Assembly: GCF_009914755.1 (NCBI RefSeq)
Contig: NC_060933.1
DNA: 64,000 nucleotides
Origin: the human T2T-CHM13v2.0 reference genome, Homo sapiens
Strand: one strand, 5' to 3'
How positions within the stretch are numbered: position 1 is the stretch's first letter; every line of letters starts with the position of its first letter. The notes under the pieces are model-generated. The model was given only the letters and a program-made list of their open reading frames with translations, made no database searches and was not told where the DNA came from. This document shows, one piece after another, positions 42,013 through 58,399 of the stretch. Both the position numbers and the translations under genes were made by a program.

Positions 42013-43023
42013 AACTTTTTCTTATTAGTTATTGTTAAGTAATGTTAAACAAATATTATGTACTCTATAAATATTTGTTGAAGAATGAGCACACACATTG
42101 CAGGACAGCCCTATAACCTGTACACTTTGGAATATATATATCGCAAAATATATTTGTGTGTATATATATGCACACACATTCTGGCATTCACTATAAGTTT
42201 CTGCTTTTTTTCTGATTTGATTACTGATAGGAACCCTAAGCTGGTAATTAAAGGAGTATTCTTTATACATTTTTAGTCTACTTACCTTTCCTCCAGGTTT
42301 CACTGATCTTTCTCGTTTTTTATAAGCTGCTTGTTACATTTTGTATGTGCTGGACTTGGCTACTCCTGGTTTTAGGGCTCTGATTTATTTCACTTTAAAG
42401 GTAAGTTTAGAATGTCTTGCAAAATGCTGGCTACTTATTACTCAGTGCTCTCTCACTCTTGCTCTCTCTCTCCCCACTGCAATAAAGCTCTTTTTATCCC
42501 CCAAATCTAACTGCTTGGACTCCTGTCAGTGTACTTGCAATAATTCATAGGTTTTTTTGTTCTGTGTCTTGCGGTTGGAAATCTGGCAAGCTCTGAACTT
42601 CTCTTAAAATTCATTTGCTTATCTATTAAATGGGGACAATGAAAACAAAATGTCTGTTTTTGGTGATAGGGAGGGTAATAATATTTACTGCTGTAAAGAG
42701 TCACATCTCATTTGGAGTACAAGCTGAAAATCAGTTTCTAACTTCACACTGACATACTATGTTCTGTGTTACATCATTTGACATTCTTTCGAAAATTCAG
42801 TGCACATTTATTTACTAATGTAATAACCGATGAAATGACACACCACACTTGCAAAACAAGAAGTTAAAACTATCCTACCATACTGTCTAGTGGCAAGATT
42901 TTCCCAGGGGATTCAAGCAAGACACTTTAAATATGACATACTGGTAAAAATTCTTGACTTGTGACTACAGCTATTTCTGACAAAATTGTTATAAAGGTTA
43001 AACTCTATATAAGAAACATTTTA

Positions 43024-43611
<588 letters not shown>

Positions 43612-45022
43612 TTAAGAGACATGTCAATGAGGTGAAATGGAATGAGTGCCATATATTTAAGGTTTTTTTTCTAATATGCTATCTCCATACTATCTGCAAA
43701 TTCTTTCAACTAGACTTCTTATGTAAAGCATATGTAGCCACCCTCAGAATCTTTAGTACCTGTTTAAAAACATATATCCTGCCAATTTTAACAGCTAAGA
43801 GGAAGGGATACTCTTGTAGGAACCTGATTCAAGAGAGAAATTTTTTGATGCTATTAGTAATATCCCCCATTCGCTTTAACTCCAGAGGCCATGAAGAGGA
43901 AATTTTCTGTCAGATCTTATCTGCTTTTCAATTCATTAACAGTTTTCTTATTTTTTTGACAGGAGTATAAGCAGAGAACAAATAATTAATTTTTAATTGT
44001 AGCATTTTGTGTGACACTGATTAGAAAGTTCAAATATCTAAAGTTATAAAATAAACAAAATGACAAAAGGAGAATAATTTTTTTCACGTCATCACCAAGA
44101 GGTTATACTTTATTAAAGCAGTCTTTGCAGGGTTCCCTGAAAGAGATCTTTCCAATATTAAAATACATATGTACGCATTTACATTGACAGAAAACTTGTC
44201 AAGTTGAATGTATGATGCAAGACAGACTCTAGTGGAGGCAAGACTAGTAAGTGGATAAAAAGAACTGTGTCATAAATTTAAACCTTCTTTAGGAAAAAAG
44301 TTTTATTTAAAAACAAAAACTTTTTAATAGGTTGCTTACAACTCCAACAAGGGAGCAAAGCAAAATAAAATGTAATGGTCCCTCAGAAACGTAGTTTTCT
44401 ATACTGAATGCTTGTCTGGATTTCAGTTGCTATTCCTGGGGGATGGGAAGGAAAGAAAAGCATCAGAAGATTTACCAAATTTAAACTCTAAGTAATAAGG
44501 AGAAAGTCATTAACGAAATTCTTTCAGATGATATGTTTTCAGTTAAAGTTCGTCTGTTTTTAGTTACTTCGGAGGGAACTAGATTCCCCAGGGCATGCCA
44601 GACTGTATAAACCTTAGCAAAAGGACCTTAGTTATTCCTACAGCATTTATTCTGCAGGAATTAATTTCACATTCAATATACATTGCATCATGAAGATACC
44701 TTTGATAATGTTATTTCTCTGCATCTACATGATAACAGCCTATATATCGTATAGTATCACTGTTCTTAAAACCACTAAGTTACATTAGTATTCGCATTTC
44801 TCAGGATCTATTTTAATATGTAACTTTAATAAAAACTAAATGACTGAAGCTCAACCCAAAGAAACTAAATTATAACCTGGATGAAAGAAATAATTTTCTT
44901 TCTCTGTGTTACTCATATTCTTACACAGATGTGAGATTAAAAGAACAATGATTAAATTATGCAACACTATTAATTAGAGGCTATCTAAACTAATAGTAGC
45001 TAAATTATAATAATGATTCCGT

Positions 45023-45102
45023 TGATCAAGGCTGCAGTAAGCCATGATCATGCCACTGCACTCCAGCCAGGGCGACAGGGTGAGACTCTGTCTCAAAAAA
45101 AT
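45023..45102 (+). mobile_element. AluJ 3' fragment
   Basis: gatcaaggctgcagtaagccatgatcatgccactgcactccagcc...ctgtctcaaaaaa. Confidence 0.85.
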
Positions 45103-45120
45103 AAATAAAATAAAAGTGAG

Positions 45121-48100
45121 AGGAGGCAGGACAACATGGCCAACTAGAAGCCTCCACCAATTGTCTTCCCTGCAGGAACACCAAATTGCACAACTATCCA
45201 CACAATAAAAAGCACATTCATAAGAACCAAAACAGCTGCGCAATCATAGCACCTGGTTGTAACTTCATATCACTAAAAGAGGCAAGGAAGAGGGTAGAAA
45301 ATATAGCCCTGAATCTCTGATAACATGCCTCCTTCATGAACCCATAATGATCATCAGATCACTAGAAGCTACTGTGAACAACGATATGCCAATAAACTGA
45401 AAAACCTAGAAGAAACTGATAAATTCCTAGACATATACAACCTACCAAGATTAAACCATAAAGAAATCCAAAACTTCAACAGACCTATAACAAGTAATGA
45501 GACTGAAGCCAAAATAATAATAATTTTTTCTTTCCCAGCAATGAAAATCCCAGGACCCAATGTCTTCACTGCTGAATTTTACCAAACATTTAAAGAACTA
45601 ATGCCAATCCTACTCAAACTATTCAAAAAAAAGCTTCCAAACTGATTCTATAAGCCCAGTGTTACCATGATTCCAGAACCAGATAAAGACACATCAAAAA
45701 AAAAAAAGAAAAAGAAAAAGAAAACTACAGGACAATATCCCTAATGAACATTGATGCAAAAATCCTCAACAAAATCCTAGCAAGCCAAATTCAACAACAC
45801 ATTAAAAAGTTCATTATGACCACGTGAGATTTATCCTAGGGATGCAAAGATGGTTCAACATATGCAAATTAATCAATGTGATACATCATATCAACAAAAT
45901 GAAGGGCAAAAACCATAGGATAATTTCAAATGATGCTAAAAAACCATTTTATAAAATTCAACATCTCTTCATGATACAAACTCTCAAAAACTCGGTATAG
46001 AAGGAACATACCTCAACATAACAAAAGCCATATACAACAGACCCACAGATGGTATCTTACTGAATGGAAAAAAACTGAAAGCCTTTCCTATTATATCTGG
46101 AACATGAAAACAATGCCCACTTTCACCACTGTTATTTAACATAGTACTGGAAATCCTAGCTAGAGCAATCAGACAACAGGAAGAAATAAAGGGCATTCAA
46201 ACTGGAAATGAAAAGTCAAATTATCCTTGGAGATGATATGATTTTATATTTGGAAAAACCTAAAGACTCCAGCAAAAAACTATTAAAACTGAGAAGCAAA
46301 TTCAGTAAGCTGCAGGATAGAAAATCAACATACAAAAATTAGTAGCATTTCTATATGCCAGCAGCGAACAAGCTGAAAAAGAAATCGAGATAGTAATCCC
46401 ATTTACAACAGCTACATATAAGATAAAATACCTAGGAATAAACTTAACCAAGGAAGTGAAAGATATCTACAATGAAAACTATAAAATATTGATAAAAGAA
46501 GTTAAAGAGGACACACAAAAAAATGGAAAGATATTCCATGTTCATGGATTGGAAGAATCAATACTATTAAAATGTTCACACTACCCAAAGCAATCTACAG
46601 ATTCAATGCAATCCTTATCAAAATACTAATGGCATTCTTCAAAAAATAGAAAAAATAATCCTAAAACTTATATGGAACCACAAAATACCCAGAATAGTCA
46701 AAGCTATCCCAAGAAAAAAGAACAAAACTGGAGGAATCACATTACCTGACTTCAAATCATAATACAGAGCTGTAGTAACCAAAACAGCATGGTGCTGGCA
46801 TAAAAACAGACACACAGACCGATGGAACATTCTAGAGAACCCAGAAACAAATTCATACATCTAAAGAGAACTCATTTCCAACAAACGTGCCAAGAACAAC
46901 AGTGGAGAAAGGACACTCTCTTCAATAAATGGTGCTAGGAAAACCGGATAGCCATATGCAGAAGAATGCACCTAGAACCCTATCTCTCATCATATACAAA
47001 AATCAAATCAAAATGGATTAAAGACTTAAATCTAAGACATCAGGCTATGAAACTACTACAAGAAAACATTGGGGAAACTCTCCAGGACATAGGATTTGGC
47101 AAACATTTCTTGAGTAATACCCCACAACCACAGACAATAAAAGCAAATATAAACAAATGAGATCACATCAAGTTTAAAAGCTTCTGCACTGCAGAGGAAA
47201 CAACAACGCAAAGCGACAACCCACAGAATGGGAGAAAATATTTGCAAACTACCCATCTGACAAGGGATTAATAACCAGATATACAAGGAGCTCAAATAAC
47301 TCTATAGAAAAAAAGTCTAGTAATCCAATTAAAAATTGAGCAAAAAATCTGACTAGACATTTCTCAAAAGAAGACATACAAATGGCAAAGGGGTATATGA
47401 AAAGGTGCTCAATATCACTGATCATCAGAGACATGCAAATCAAAACTACAATATCCCCTTACCCCAGTTAAAATGACTTATATCTAAAACACAGGCAATA
47501 ACAAATGCTAGCGAGGATATGGAGAAAGAGGAACCCTCATACGATATTGGTGGGGATGTAAATTAGTACAACTACTTTAGAGAACAGTTTGGAAGTTCCT
47601 CAAAAAACTAAAAATAGAGCTATCGTGTGATCTAGCAATCCCACTGCTAGGTATATAACCAAAAGAAAGGAAAGCAGTATATTGAAGAGATATCTGCACT
47701 CCCATGTTTATTGCAACTCTATTCAAAATAGCCAAAATTTTGAAGCAACCTAAATGTCCACTAAAGATAAATGGATAAAGAAAATGTGGCACATACGCAC
47801 AATGGAGTACTATTGAGCCATAAAAAATAATGAGATCCTGTCATTTGCACAACATGGATGGAAATGGAGGTTATTATGTTAAGTGAAGTAAGCTAGACAC
47901 AGAAAGACAAACCACATGTTCTCACTTATTTGTGGGAGCTAAAAATTAAAACAATTGAATTCAAGGAAGTAGAGAGTAGAACGATGGTTACCAGAGGCTG
48001 GGAAGCATAAAGTGAGGGAGAACTAAGGATGGTTGATCTGCAGAAAAATATAGTTAGATAGAATAAATAAAATCTAGAATCTGATAGCACAAGAGGATGA

Positions 48101-48332
48101 CTACAATCAACAGTAATTTATCGTACTTTTAAAATAACTAAAAGGATATAATTGGATTGTTTGCAACACAAAGAAAAGATAAATACTTGAGGTGACGGAT
48201 ACCTCATTTGCCCTAGTGTGACTACTACACATTGTATGCTTGCATCAAAATATCTCAAGCGCCCTATAAATATATACACTTACTGTATTCATAAAAATTA
48301 ATAATTAAAAAAGAAATTTAATGGTATTTTTA
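45121..48332 (+). mobile_element. L1MA (L1MA2/3-like) with both termini but a large internal deletion
   Basis: 18-bp TSD aaataaaataaaagtgag (45103-45120 / 48333-48350); L1M 5' start at 45121, ORF2 from ~45357, L1MA 3' UTR. Confidence 0.85.
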
Positions 48333-48399
48333 AAATAAAATAAAAGTGAGTGATTTTAATGTATACTTCTCTCTAATGGGTTAAAAATGTGAAAATAAA

Positions 48400-49330
48400 A
48401 AATTTAAATTCTACAATGATTAAAAGTCATCTGAAGAAGATAAAAATATATAATATGTAATATCCATCGTTTTATATTCAAACAACTGGGGAATATATAT
48501 TTATAAAACTGACTCCTTGGGTCAGAAAGCAAGACTTAATACATATTGAACAATTAATAGCACTCAACCACATTTTCTTATCACAATGAAATACAATCAG
48601 AAATCAATTAAAAAACTCAAAATATATTTTATATTTGGAAATTTTGAAACACATTTCTAAGTAAATCATTGATTAGTAAAAAATAACAATGGAAATTATA
48701 AAACATTTACAACTTTAGGACAACAAAATTACCATCAAAATTAGTTGATTCAGTTTAACTGTTTCGAAGAAAATTTATAGGCTTAAACATAAAAAAAGTT
48801 GAAAGTTTATGCACTTAGCATCCAATTCAAGCTCTAGAAAAAAAAATAAAGAATGGAAAAAACACAAAGACAAGGAATTTTGAACCAGTTGTTTTAAAAA
48901 TTGCCAGGTCCAAACAATTTCCCTAGAAAATTCTAATAAATGTTCAAGAGTATAAAAAATCTCTAAATTTGTTGCAGAAAATAGAAAAACAGGAAGATCT
49001 TCTGGAACCAATCTTTCGAAGCAAGCATGTGAAACAAAAACTGGACAATTAAAAAAGGGAAAAAATACGCCACTCTACTACATAGATACAAAAACCTTAA
49101 ATAAAATATTAGCAAATGTAATCCAGCAATGTACAAAATAATAATACCTAATGTCCAAGTAAAATATATATCAGGGATGCAAGAAAATGTTAACATTAGA
49201 AAATATGTTAATTTAATTTATAACAATATCAATTAAAGGAGAAAAAAGCATGTCTATTTTACTAAATGCAGAAAATTTCATAAAATTCAACATGCATTTA
49301 TAATGACAATATGAGACATTACATACTTTC
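48400..49330 (+). mobile_element. Ancient L1 (L1ME-like) ORF2 fragments
   Basis: Degenerate ORF2-like A-rich sequence (aaaatattagcaaatgtaatccagcaatg; cagggatgcaag). Confidence 0.55.
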
Positions 49331-49517
49331 TAAATAGTCAGATACTAAATTATAGCATCATAAGTATTGACAAGAATATGGAGAAATCAAGTTCAATTCA
49401 TTGCCAGTGAACATATGAATTAATATTTTGAAGAGCAAATAAGATCAGGTAAAGTTGATCCCACAATTCCACTTACAAGTATGGGGCAAAAGAAATGAGG
49501 AAGAAAAAGCTAGTCTA

Positions 49518-49536
49518 TGCCACCATCTAGTGGCCT
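49518..49536 (-). promoter_or_regulatory. Candidate CTCF binding site
   Basis: Reverse strand reads AGGCCACTAGATGGTGGCA, a close match to the CTCF core consensus CCASYAGRKGGCRS. Confidence 0.55.
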
Positions 49537-50716
49537 TAGAATATAATAGAAGTTGTGATTTCTTCAGCCGCGCTTACAAAGGAGTCCTGAAAGTACCTAT
49601 GTAAGGATGGACCAAAAACTTACAAACATATACAGTATATATGCAGTTACTGCCCTCACTAACTGTTGGGCCCACATTGGCTCCACCCATCCTGCTTCCT
49701 TCTGAAGATTTGCATGAACCTAACCACGTGACACAACCAAGTAGAAATATCTCAGACAGAGTGCTTCCTATGTCCACCTCATATAATTTTTTTCACCACC
49801 CTTCAAACAATACCTATTGTTTCATGAGTCTTAAAAAGATACTACTCCAAATTGACCAGACTAGATTGGTAATAACTTAAAAGTTGGTCAATACTAAGTA
49901 TTGGCAAGAATATGATGCAAAGTGAAGCCTCATACACTTCTATTTAGGGTACAAATTTGGAAACTTAGCAAAGATGAATATATAACCCAAAATCAAACAA
50001 AGGAAACAAATGAACAAAAAAGCTTTTAAAATTAACAAAAATTACAAGAAAGATGAATGTATATACTGACTGACCCAGAAAACCTCTCCTTGGTATATTC
50101 TCTAGAGCAGTGGCTCTTGATCCCAAAGGACACCCAGGCATAGAACTCAAGGGGCCTAGTAACTTGGATGGGAAAAAAACTGCATCTTTATTTTTATCAA
50201 CCTCAATTGAACCTTAGTAGTTCCTGCTGCCAGACAGTTTTACTTATGAGTTCACTAAATTGTCAAGGAACAGTCATCATCTTATTCAAGTTATTTAGCA
50301 AAAAAAAAAAAAAAAAAATTGAGAAACCTGCCTGATCCATTTATTTTTATTTCATATTCAGATGAGAACAGTACAAGCAGATAAAGCTTTTTGGCTTATT
50401 TCACTTATAACATCGATGTGGAAATAATAAATAAAATATAAAATGGAATCTTCCAATAATAGCATTTGGAACAACTCTCCTGCAGCTAACTGTACACTCT
50501 AGGAAAAATATGTTTTAAATTTCTTTTTGGAGGTGATAATTTCAGTTGCTGCTTACCTCGGAGAACTGTTCTTTTCACAAAGAACAATAAAAATAATAGT
50601 AGATAAAGAGTGCAATAGAAAACTTTTTTAGGCAATGGATTGTTTATGGCATAGATTGTGGTAATGGTTTCCTGGGTGTATGCTTATCTTCAAACTCATT
50701 AAATTGCATACATTAA

Positions 50717-51110
<394 letters not shown>

Positions 51111-51289
51111 TACATACTCTTGAAGGGTGACATTTATATAAAGATATATTCATTTCTTCACTAGACTGACAATATCTCTAAAACAAGAATAGTATCTTGT
51201 TAATTTTGTATCCCCAATAAACACCTAGACTATTACAGGTAATAATATAGGTAAAAATGTTTTTTTACCTTACAGGGAAAAAGAAACTT

Positions 51290-52040
<751 letters not shown>

Positions 52041-53508
52041 CAAACACACAAATATATACTTACACACATACATACATTTTCCTGAAGTGGCCAAAAGCAT
52101 CCAGAAACTGGATTGGAGCAGTCGATATTTGCCAGAAAAAATGGCATGGATGATTTACTTTTGCTGATTTTAAGATAAGAGAAGGACCTAGTCAGCGTCA
52201 TTTTACAGGGTAACTAAAATCCAGGTAGAAAACATCAGTCTTACTGGCCTGAAGGAACAGGACAGAGTTCATGAAGGTCATGGAGATTGAAAATCTGGAA
52301 GATAAAGCCACAGAAAATAGGCAGACAGACCAACGAGAGCCTCAAATTTTTGTGTTTACTATACCCAAATACCGGCTGATCTCTACACTATACGTAAGTG
52401 ATGTTAAGCCTAAAAGACCTGAACAAAGATTTCAATTGCTGCCCACCTCAGGGAAGACAAGTTTGAAAATGGAGTCCTGCTGAATTACAGTCTGCTAAAA
52501 GAATATATCAATATTGAGTCAAATTCCACTTTCCAAGAATAACCTGAGAAATATTTTTACTTCAACATGCTTTTCTGAAATATTGCCAGTGCCTGCCTCA
52601 AGAGGTAGAGTCTTTTCATCTTTGTATATTCCTACAACATTGAGTGGACATCAAGTTTATTTGGCATCAAAATTTAGCAAAGGGCCTTATATATATGTGT
52701 TCTCCAAATATTAAATGAATTGTGAATGTTCTTCGAGTTGAGGCTTACACAATTGCAGAGGTGCTTACAAAAATGTAAGTGTGGTTGAGTTTAAAAACAC
52801 AAAGACCTGGAAGTAAAACAGCAGTATCTGGAGCCAGAAAGTTGACAGAGGATGAGTGGAGTTGGAGAAGTCTCTTGGGAAACCACGGCAGCACTGTGCT
52901 GTCCTTTGATGCTGTGAGTTCACAGCTTTGGTTATTACACCCTATGTGTGCTTTGCCTCACTAAGAAAAAATGTACATCACACTCATTTTTCATTTTACA
53001 AAAGGGCATTATGAGAACTTCTGACAGTGGAAATGGGCCTTAACTCTTACGGTAGAGAAAGTGAAAATAATCTCTGAGCCTAGTCCTCCAATATTGTTAT
53101 TACCCTCAAAAACCTAAAGAAAAGTGAAAGGTTGCTGAGAATCCAGCAGAAAACTATTTCATTTCCACTTGTTATATGTAGGGTTTTTTTTTCCTGTTTT
53201 CCATTTTAAAATATTATGAATTTGTTAAAAATGTCTGAAAAATTAACATGGACAAATATATACAATGTAGTATGCACAATAAACATCAGGTAATAAATCA
53301 AGAAATACAGTGTACTCTCAAGCATGTAAACACAGTATATGCATAGAGGTATATTAATATTTACATCTGTAATTATGAGTGATTTTCTTTCCTCCTTTAG
53401 ATTTTTTGGAATTTCTCAAATTTTCTATTCTGAGTATGTATTATTTGTATAATCAGGGAAGTAGCAATTCAAAAAAGAAAGAAAATTACTGCTTAATAAG
53501 TTAGGTAT

Positions 53509-53794
53509 GGCCAGGTGCGGTGGCTCACGTCTGTAATCCCAGCACTTTAGGAGGCTGAGGTGAGCGGATCATGAGGTCAAGAGTTCAAGACCAGCCTGGC
53601 CAACATAGTGAAACCCTGTCTCTACTAAAAATACAAAAAATTAGCCTGGCATGGTGGTGGACACCTGTAATCCCAGCTACTCAGGAGGCTGAGGCAGGAG
53701 AATCGCTTGAACCCAGGAAGCGGAGGTTGCAGTGAGTAGGGATTGCGCCACTGCACTCCAGCCTGGGCGACAGTGGGAGACTCTGTCTCAAAAA
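53509..53794 (+). mobile_element. AluS (Sg-like), very short tail
   Basis: 15-bp TSD taataagttaggtat. Confidence 0.93.
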
Positions 53795-55601
53795 TAATAA
53801 GTTAGGTATAATCAGATCTTTGAGATATTAGCCCTAATGTATGTAAAAGTCACGATCTTCCACCTTATTTAAAGATTCAACTTTAAATCACTTCTGGGAT
53901 TACAGTCTCTCAGAAGAAAACCAAGGAGGATTTAAATTGGCTACCAGAGCCACTGGCAGGTCCTCTGGAAATATTGGGGCTCAGAGGAAGGAAAGTACTT
54001 ATGTGACACATTAATTTACTATTGGATATAAAATTATGGCTGAAAGCTTTATTGTTTATCTCTCCCATGCCACTTTTAAGAGTTGTGATTGTGTTCTAGA
54101 GTATGGCTATAGCTCAAAGAGAGAGAGCTGAGACGTCAACTGATTGAGAAGGAGCAGCTACAGTGACTTCAGTATGTGGACACAAGAAGTTAGCAAAACA
54201 CTGATGAAAAAGAGGGAGACTGTTTTGGAAGAAACTGAAATCCCAATAAGTCATGCTATCCATTGTAAGTGGAGAAGATGAGGACCCTATACAGATGTTT
54301 GAAATGGGAACATTAGGGCAAAGCTGGGAAGAAGTATTTTCAGAAAGAAAGAGGTAAATGGATGAAGTATACGTCTTCCAGCTAAGATGCAGTACTTCTC
54401 CTTATCAGTAGCCAAAGGGTAATATGGAGTACATGGACTGGGGCACAGTAGGCTTATAGAGATTCAAGGGCACTGCACTGTGACATAGCCCTAAAGACAG
54501 CGAGGGCATGAAGACAGCAGGGTGAATCAATCCCAGCACTGAGCCCATGGCTAACTGAAACTTCCAGCAACAAACACATATTTTTGGTAACCAAACAGAA
54601 ACGTGGATGAAAAAACCCAGGATAATTATCTAACCTATGCGAGAGGGAGAGAAGAGGCCTTGTTCTAACTAGAGCACTGCTGCTTATTATTAGCTCCTTT
54701 GGGGCTCAGAAGGGCTCATTTATTCGGACAAGCACTGGAGCTCTAGTACCAGGGATGTTGGCTATTGTGAAGAATAAGTTATTATATAAACAGCAGGATA
54801 ATCTAGCTGGAGTAGGAGATAGGATACAATAAATACTTAGTGAATTCAATTTCCTTCTGAGGGCGCAGTCTGTTTTGAGAGTTTCTTTGGTTAAAATGAG
54901 GGAATCTGGGTGAGTACATATGCTTTACAAGCAAAATACTACTCTTTCTTATTGGTAAACATGGGGAGAAGGGTGAGCACTTCAGAAACATATTTCTCAA
55001 GCAGAGTTTGATTTTCATCTATAGGTGATATCCAATGCTGAGCATCAATCTAAAGACCAGACCGACCCTTTGGAAAGAGATGTACAAAAAAACAGAGAGC
55101 CAGGGGCACTGGAACTTTACCCATTTTTGGCAGAAATGAAACTGAGGTAATAATCATTGCTATTACTCCCCTACCCCTTCCCACCATGGGTATCTCCTCT
55201 GCCTTCTCTTTTTACTGTGTGATACAGTTGGATGTCTTATCATCCTACCCACACTGCCCACCTTAGCCACATTCTAAGTGGTGAGCTCTAGAATCCTAAT
55301 CTAAGAACTGGGACTGTGTTAGTGTGTCTTCTCAGAGTGAATATATTTGTCAAGTTGATCTCTTGAAGTCAGAATATTCAATGGCATTAAGTCAGTTTAT
55401 GTCATAAATCAACAGAAAGCCTTTCTCCAATTTTCTTTCCAATAACTATTCTCACTTGATCTTGGGTATTAGTGAAAATTGGACCAAAATTCTTCAAACT
55501 CTCACCACTGTTTCCTTCAAAGGAGAATTTAAAATATTATGTATTTTTATAATCAGAAAATATACATTCTTTTCAAAAAGTTAGAAAATGAGGCAAAATG
55601 A

Positions 55602-56028
<427 letters not shown>

Positions 56029-57083
56029 GAGACATTCTTTTTAACACAGTATTATATCATGGGGATTTTCCTTTTCATTTACTATTCTCCAAGATTACAA
56101 CTTTCATAGTTGTTTAACATATGAGAGGATGTATTCTTATGTGTATATTATAACCTACCAACCCCACAAACCAGAATTCCAGCACCTGGAGGTAAAAAAA
56201 AAAAAAAAAAAAAAGCATAGCAACCTTTTAAACCATGATTAAACTTGAAACATAATAGGACATATGGATCCAACCCATGGATATGCTATTCCATTTGGTT
56301 GGCTCATTCTAGTGAAAAATTGTTGATAATAGTGCTAACACTATCTTTGCAAACTTTAAGAAAAAACACTGCTACAGTTTCACCATTTTGAATTATGCTG
56401 CCCAATGATTTGAGAGTAATAATCTCCTTTATCATCTTAATTCTCGATCTTCCTGTATCTAGATTACTCAGAGGTCTGACCAAGAGTGAATGTTGTATTT
56501 TACCAAATGCACTTTAGCGTCTTGTTAGAAGACCATGTGTTGGGTTTTTTGCTTATTTGTTTAGTATGTTGATAGATTTTCAAATATTAATTTGGAATTT
56601 TATTAATCCATGAAATAAATTGTATCACTTTAGTATATACAGTTTGGATGTACTTTAATTATGGTTATACCATATACATTCATAAATAAGATTATCTACA
56701 GTTTTCGTCTATCTTTGAAAGTTTGGGAAAACAAGGCTATTTTTGCTTGATAAAATGTTTCTACAAAATGTTCTATAACTTTTTCACATTGAAACATATT
56801 ATACAGCACAGAAATTTTTTCTTGAAAGTGTGAAATAACTATTGTAAGCATTCTGCATCCAGTGCAAAATCCAGTCTTGATTTTGAAAGTCAAGATCTCA
56901 CAATAGGATCTCTATTACCTACCATAGTATACATGGCATAGTTTCTGTTGAATAAATGTAGAATTCTGTAAGACAGATATGCACAGTTTTATGACAGTAT
57001 ATAAAAAGGGCATCCTCCTCACAATAGTAGGTGAGAAAGCTTTCCTAGAAAAGGTAATAGATAAGAACAATCCTTCCAGTTTA

Positions 57084-57452
<369 letters not shown>

Positions 57453-57985
57453 TTATGGGGAGACTGAGCAAAACTCATCATGGTCAGTGCAGAGCATTTG
57501 GGACATCAGTAGTGGCTCCAGAGTTAGAGAGAACCAGAGTTGACAATGTGATTAGAGGATGAACTAGAGGACTTTCGTTGAAGCTGCAGAGCAAGCACAT
57601 ATTTTCCTTTAAGTTGTATTTCTCTATTAGGATGTCTTTTGTGAGGAGACTGATGGCGATCATGGGGAAACAAAGTCCTCCTAATAATTCCTCCTTAACA
57701 CAGTCATGGGAGGAGACATGGTATGAATTGGAGAAAGATACCTAATAGGTTAGGATAGGCCTGTGTAATGGGTTGATTCAGTGTCTTTGGCGAAGTTACC
57801 GTTTCCCTTTCTCTTGTTTTGATCTAAATCCTGAAATATTTCACTAACACATATAAGCTGAAAAGAATAAATTAAAATTTAAAATAAATTCTGAAACATG
57901 GACTTCTTCACCTGGGATCTTTTCTGAATAGAAAGAAAGACAGCCATTCTTCTTCCTTCATCTTTGTATCCTCGACATCCCCACC

Positions 57986-58399
57986 TATAGGGTAAACACA
58001 TAAAGCATACCCTTAGAATGACACTGTAATGACAGAGGCACCCGAATGTGTGTTCTGATCTAGGGAATCTAGGAGTAGCCAACCCAGAGATTTGTTCTTT
58101 CTCTGTGATAAACAGCCTGTCCCAAACATGGGCCGTGCAGGGAATTGGGTCCCTAAGCTTTTGGTTGGATGAAGGTTGCCAGGTGGAGGTTGTTAAGGAG
58201 AGGATTAAGTGAAAATGCCATATAAAACTGCATGATTTTACAGGTAGTTGTGGTTTTTCTGTCCAGCCCACCACCCCTGGACTCTCTCCCTGTATGTAAT
58301 TCCCTAATAAACCCCATGTCTCATTTGCTGACTCTGGGTCTCTTGGCCTTTTGCACCTGGTGCCGCCCCTATTGAGATTAATAGGGGTTTAGCACAACA
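57986..58399 (+). mobile_element. ERVL solo LTR, LTR47-like
   Basis: TATAAAA at 58221-58227, AATAAA at 58306-58311, terminus taataggggtttagcacaaca; 5-bp TSD ccacc / ccatc. Confidence 0.75.

Noticed and set aside
56150-56216. Isolated poly-A run suggesting a small retrocopy
   Set aside because: No TSD, polyadenylation signal or recognisable parent sequence.
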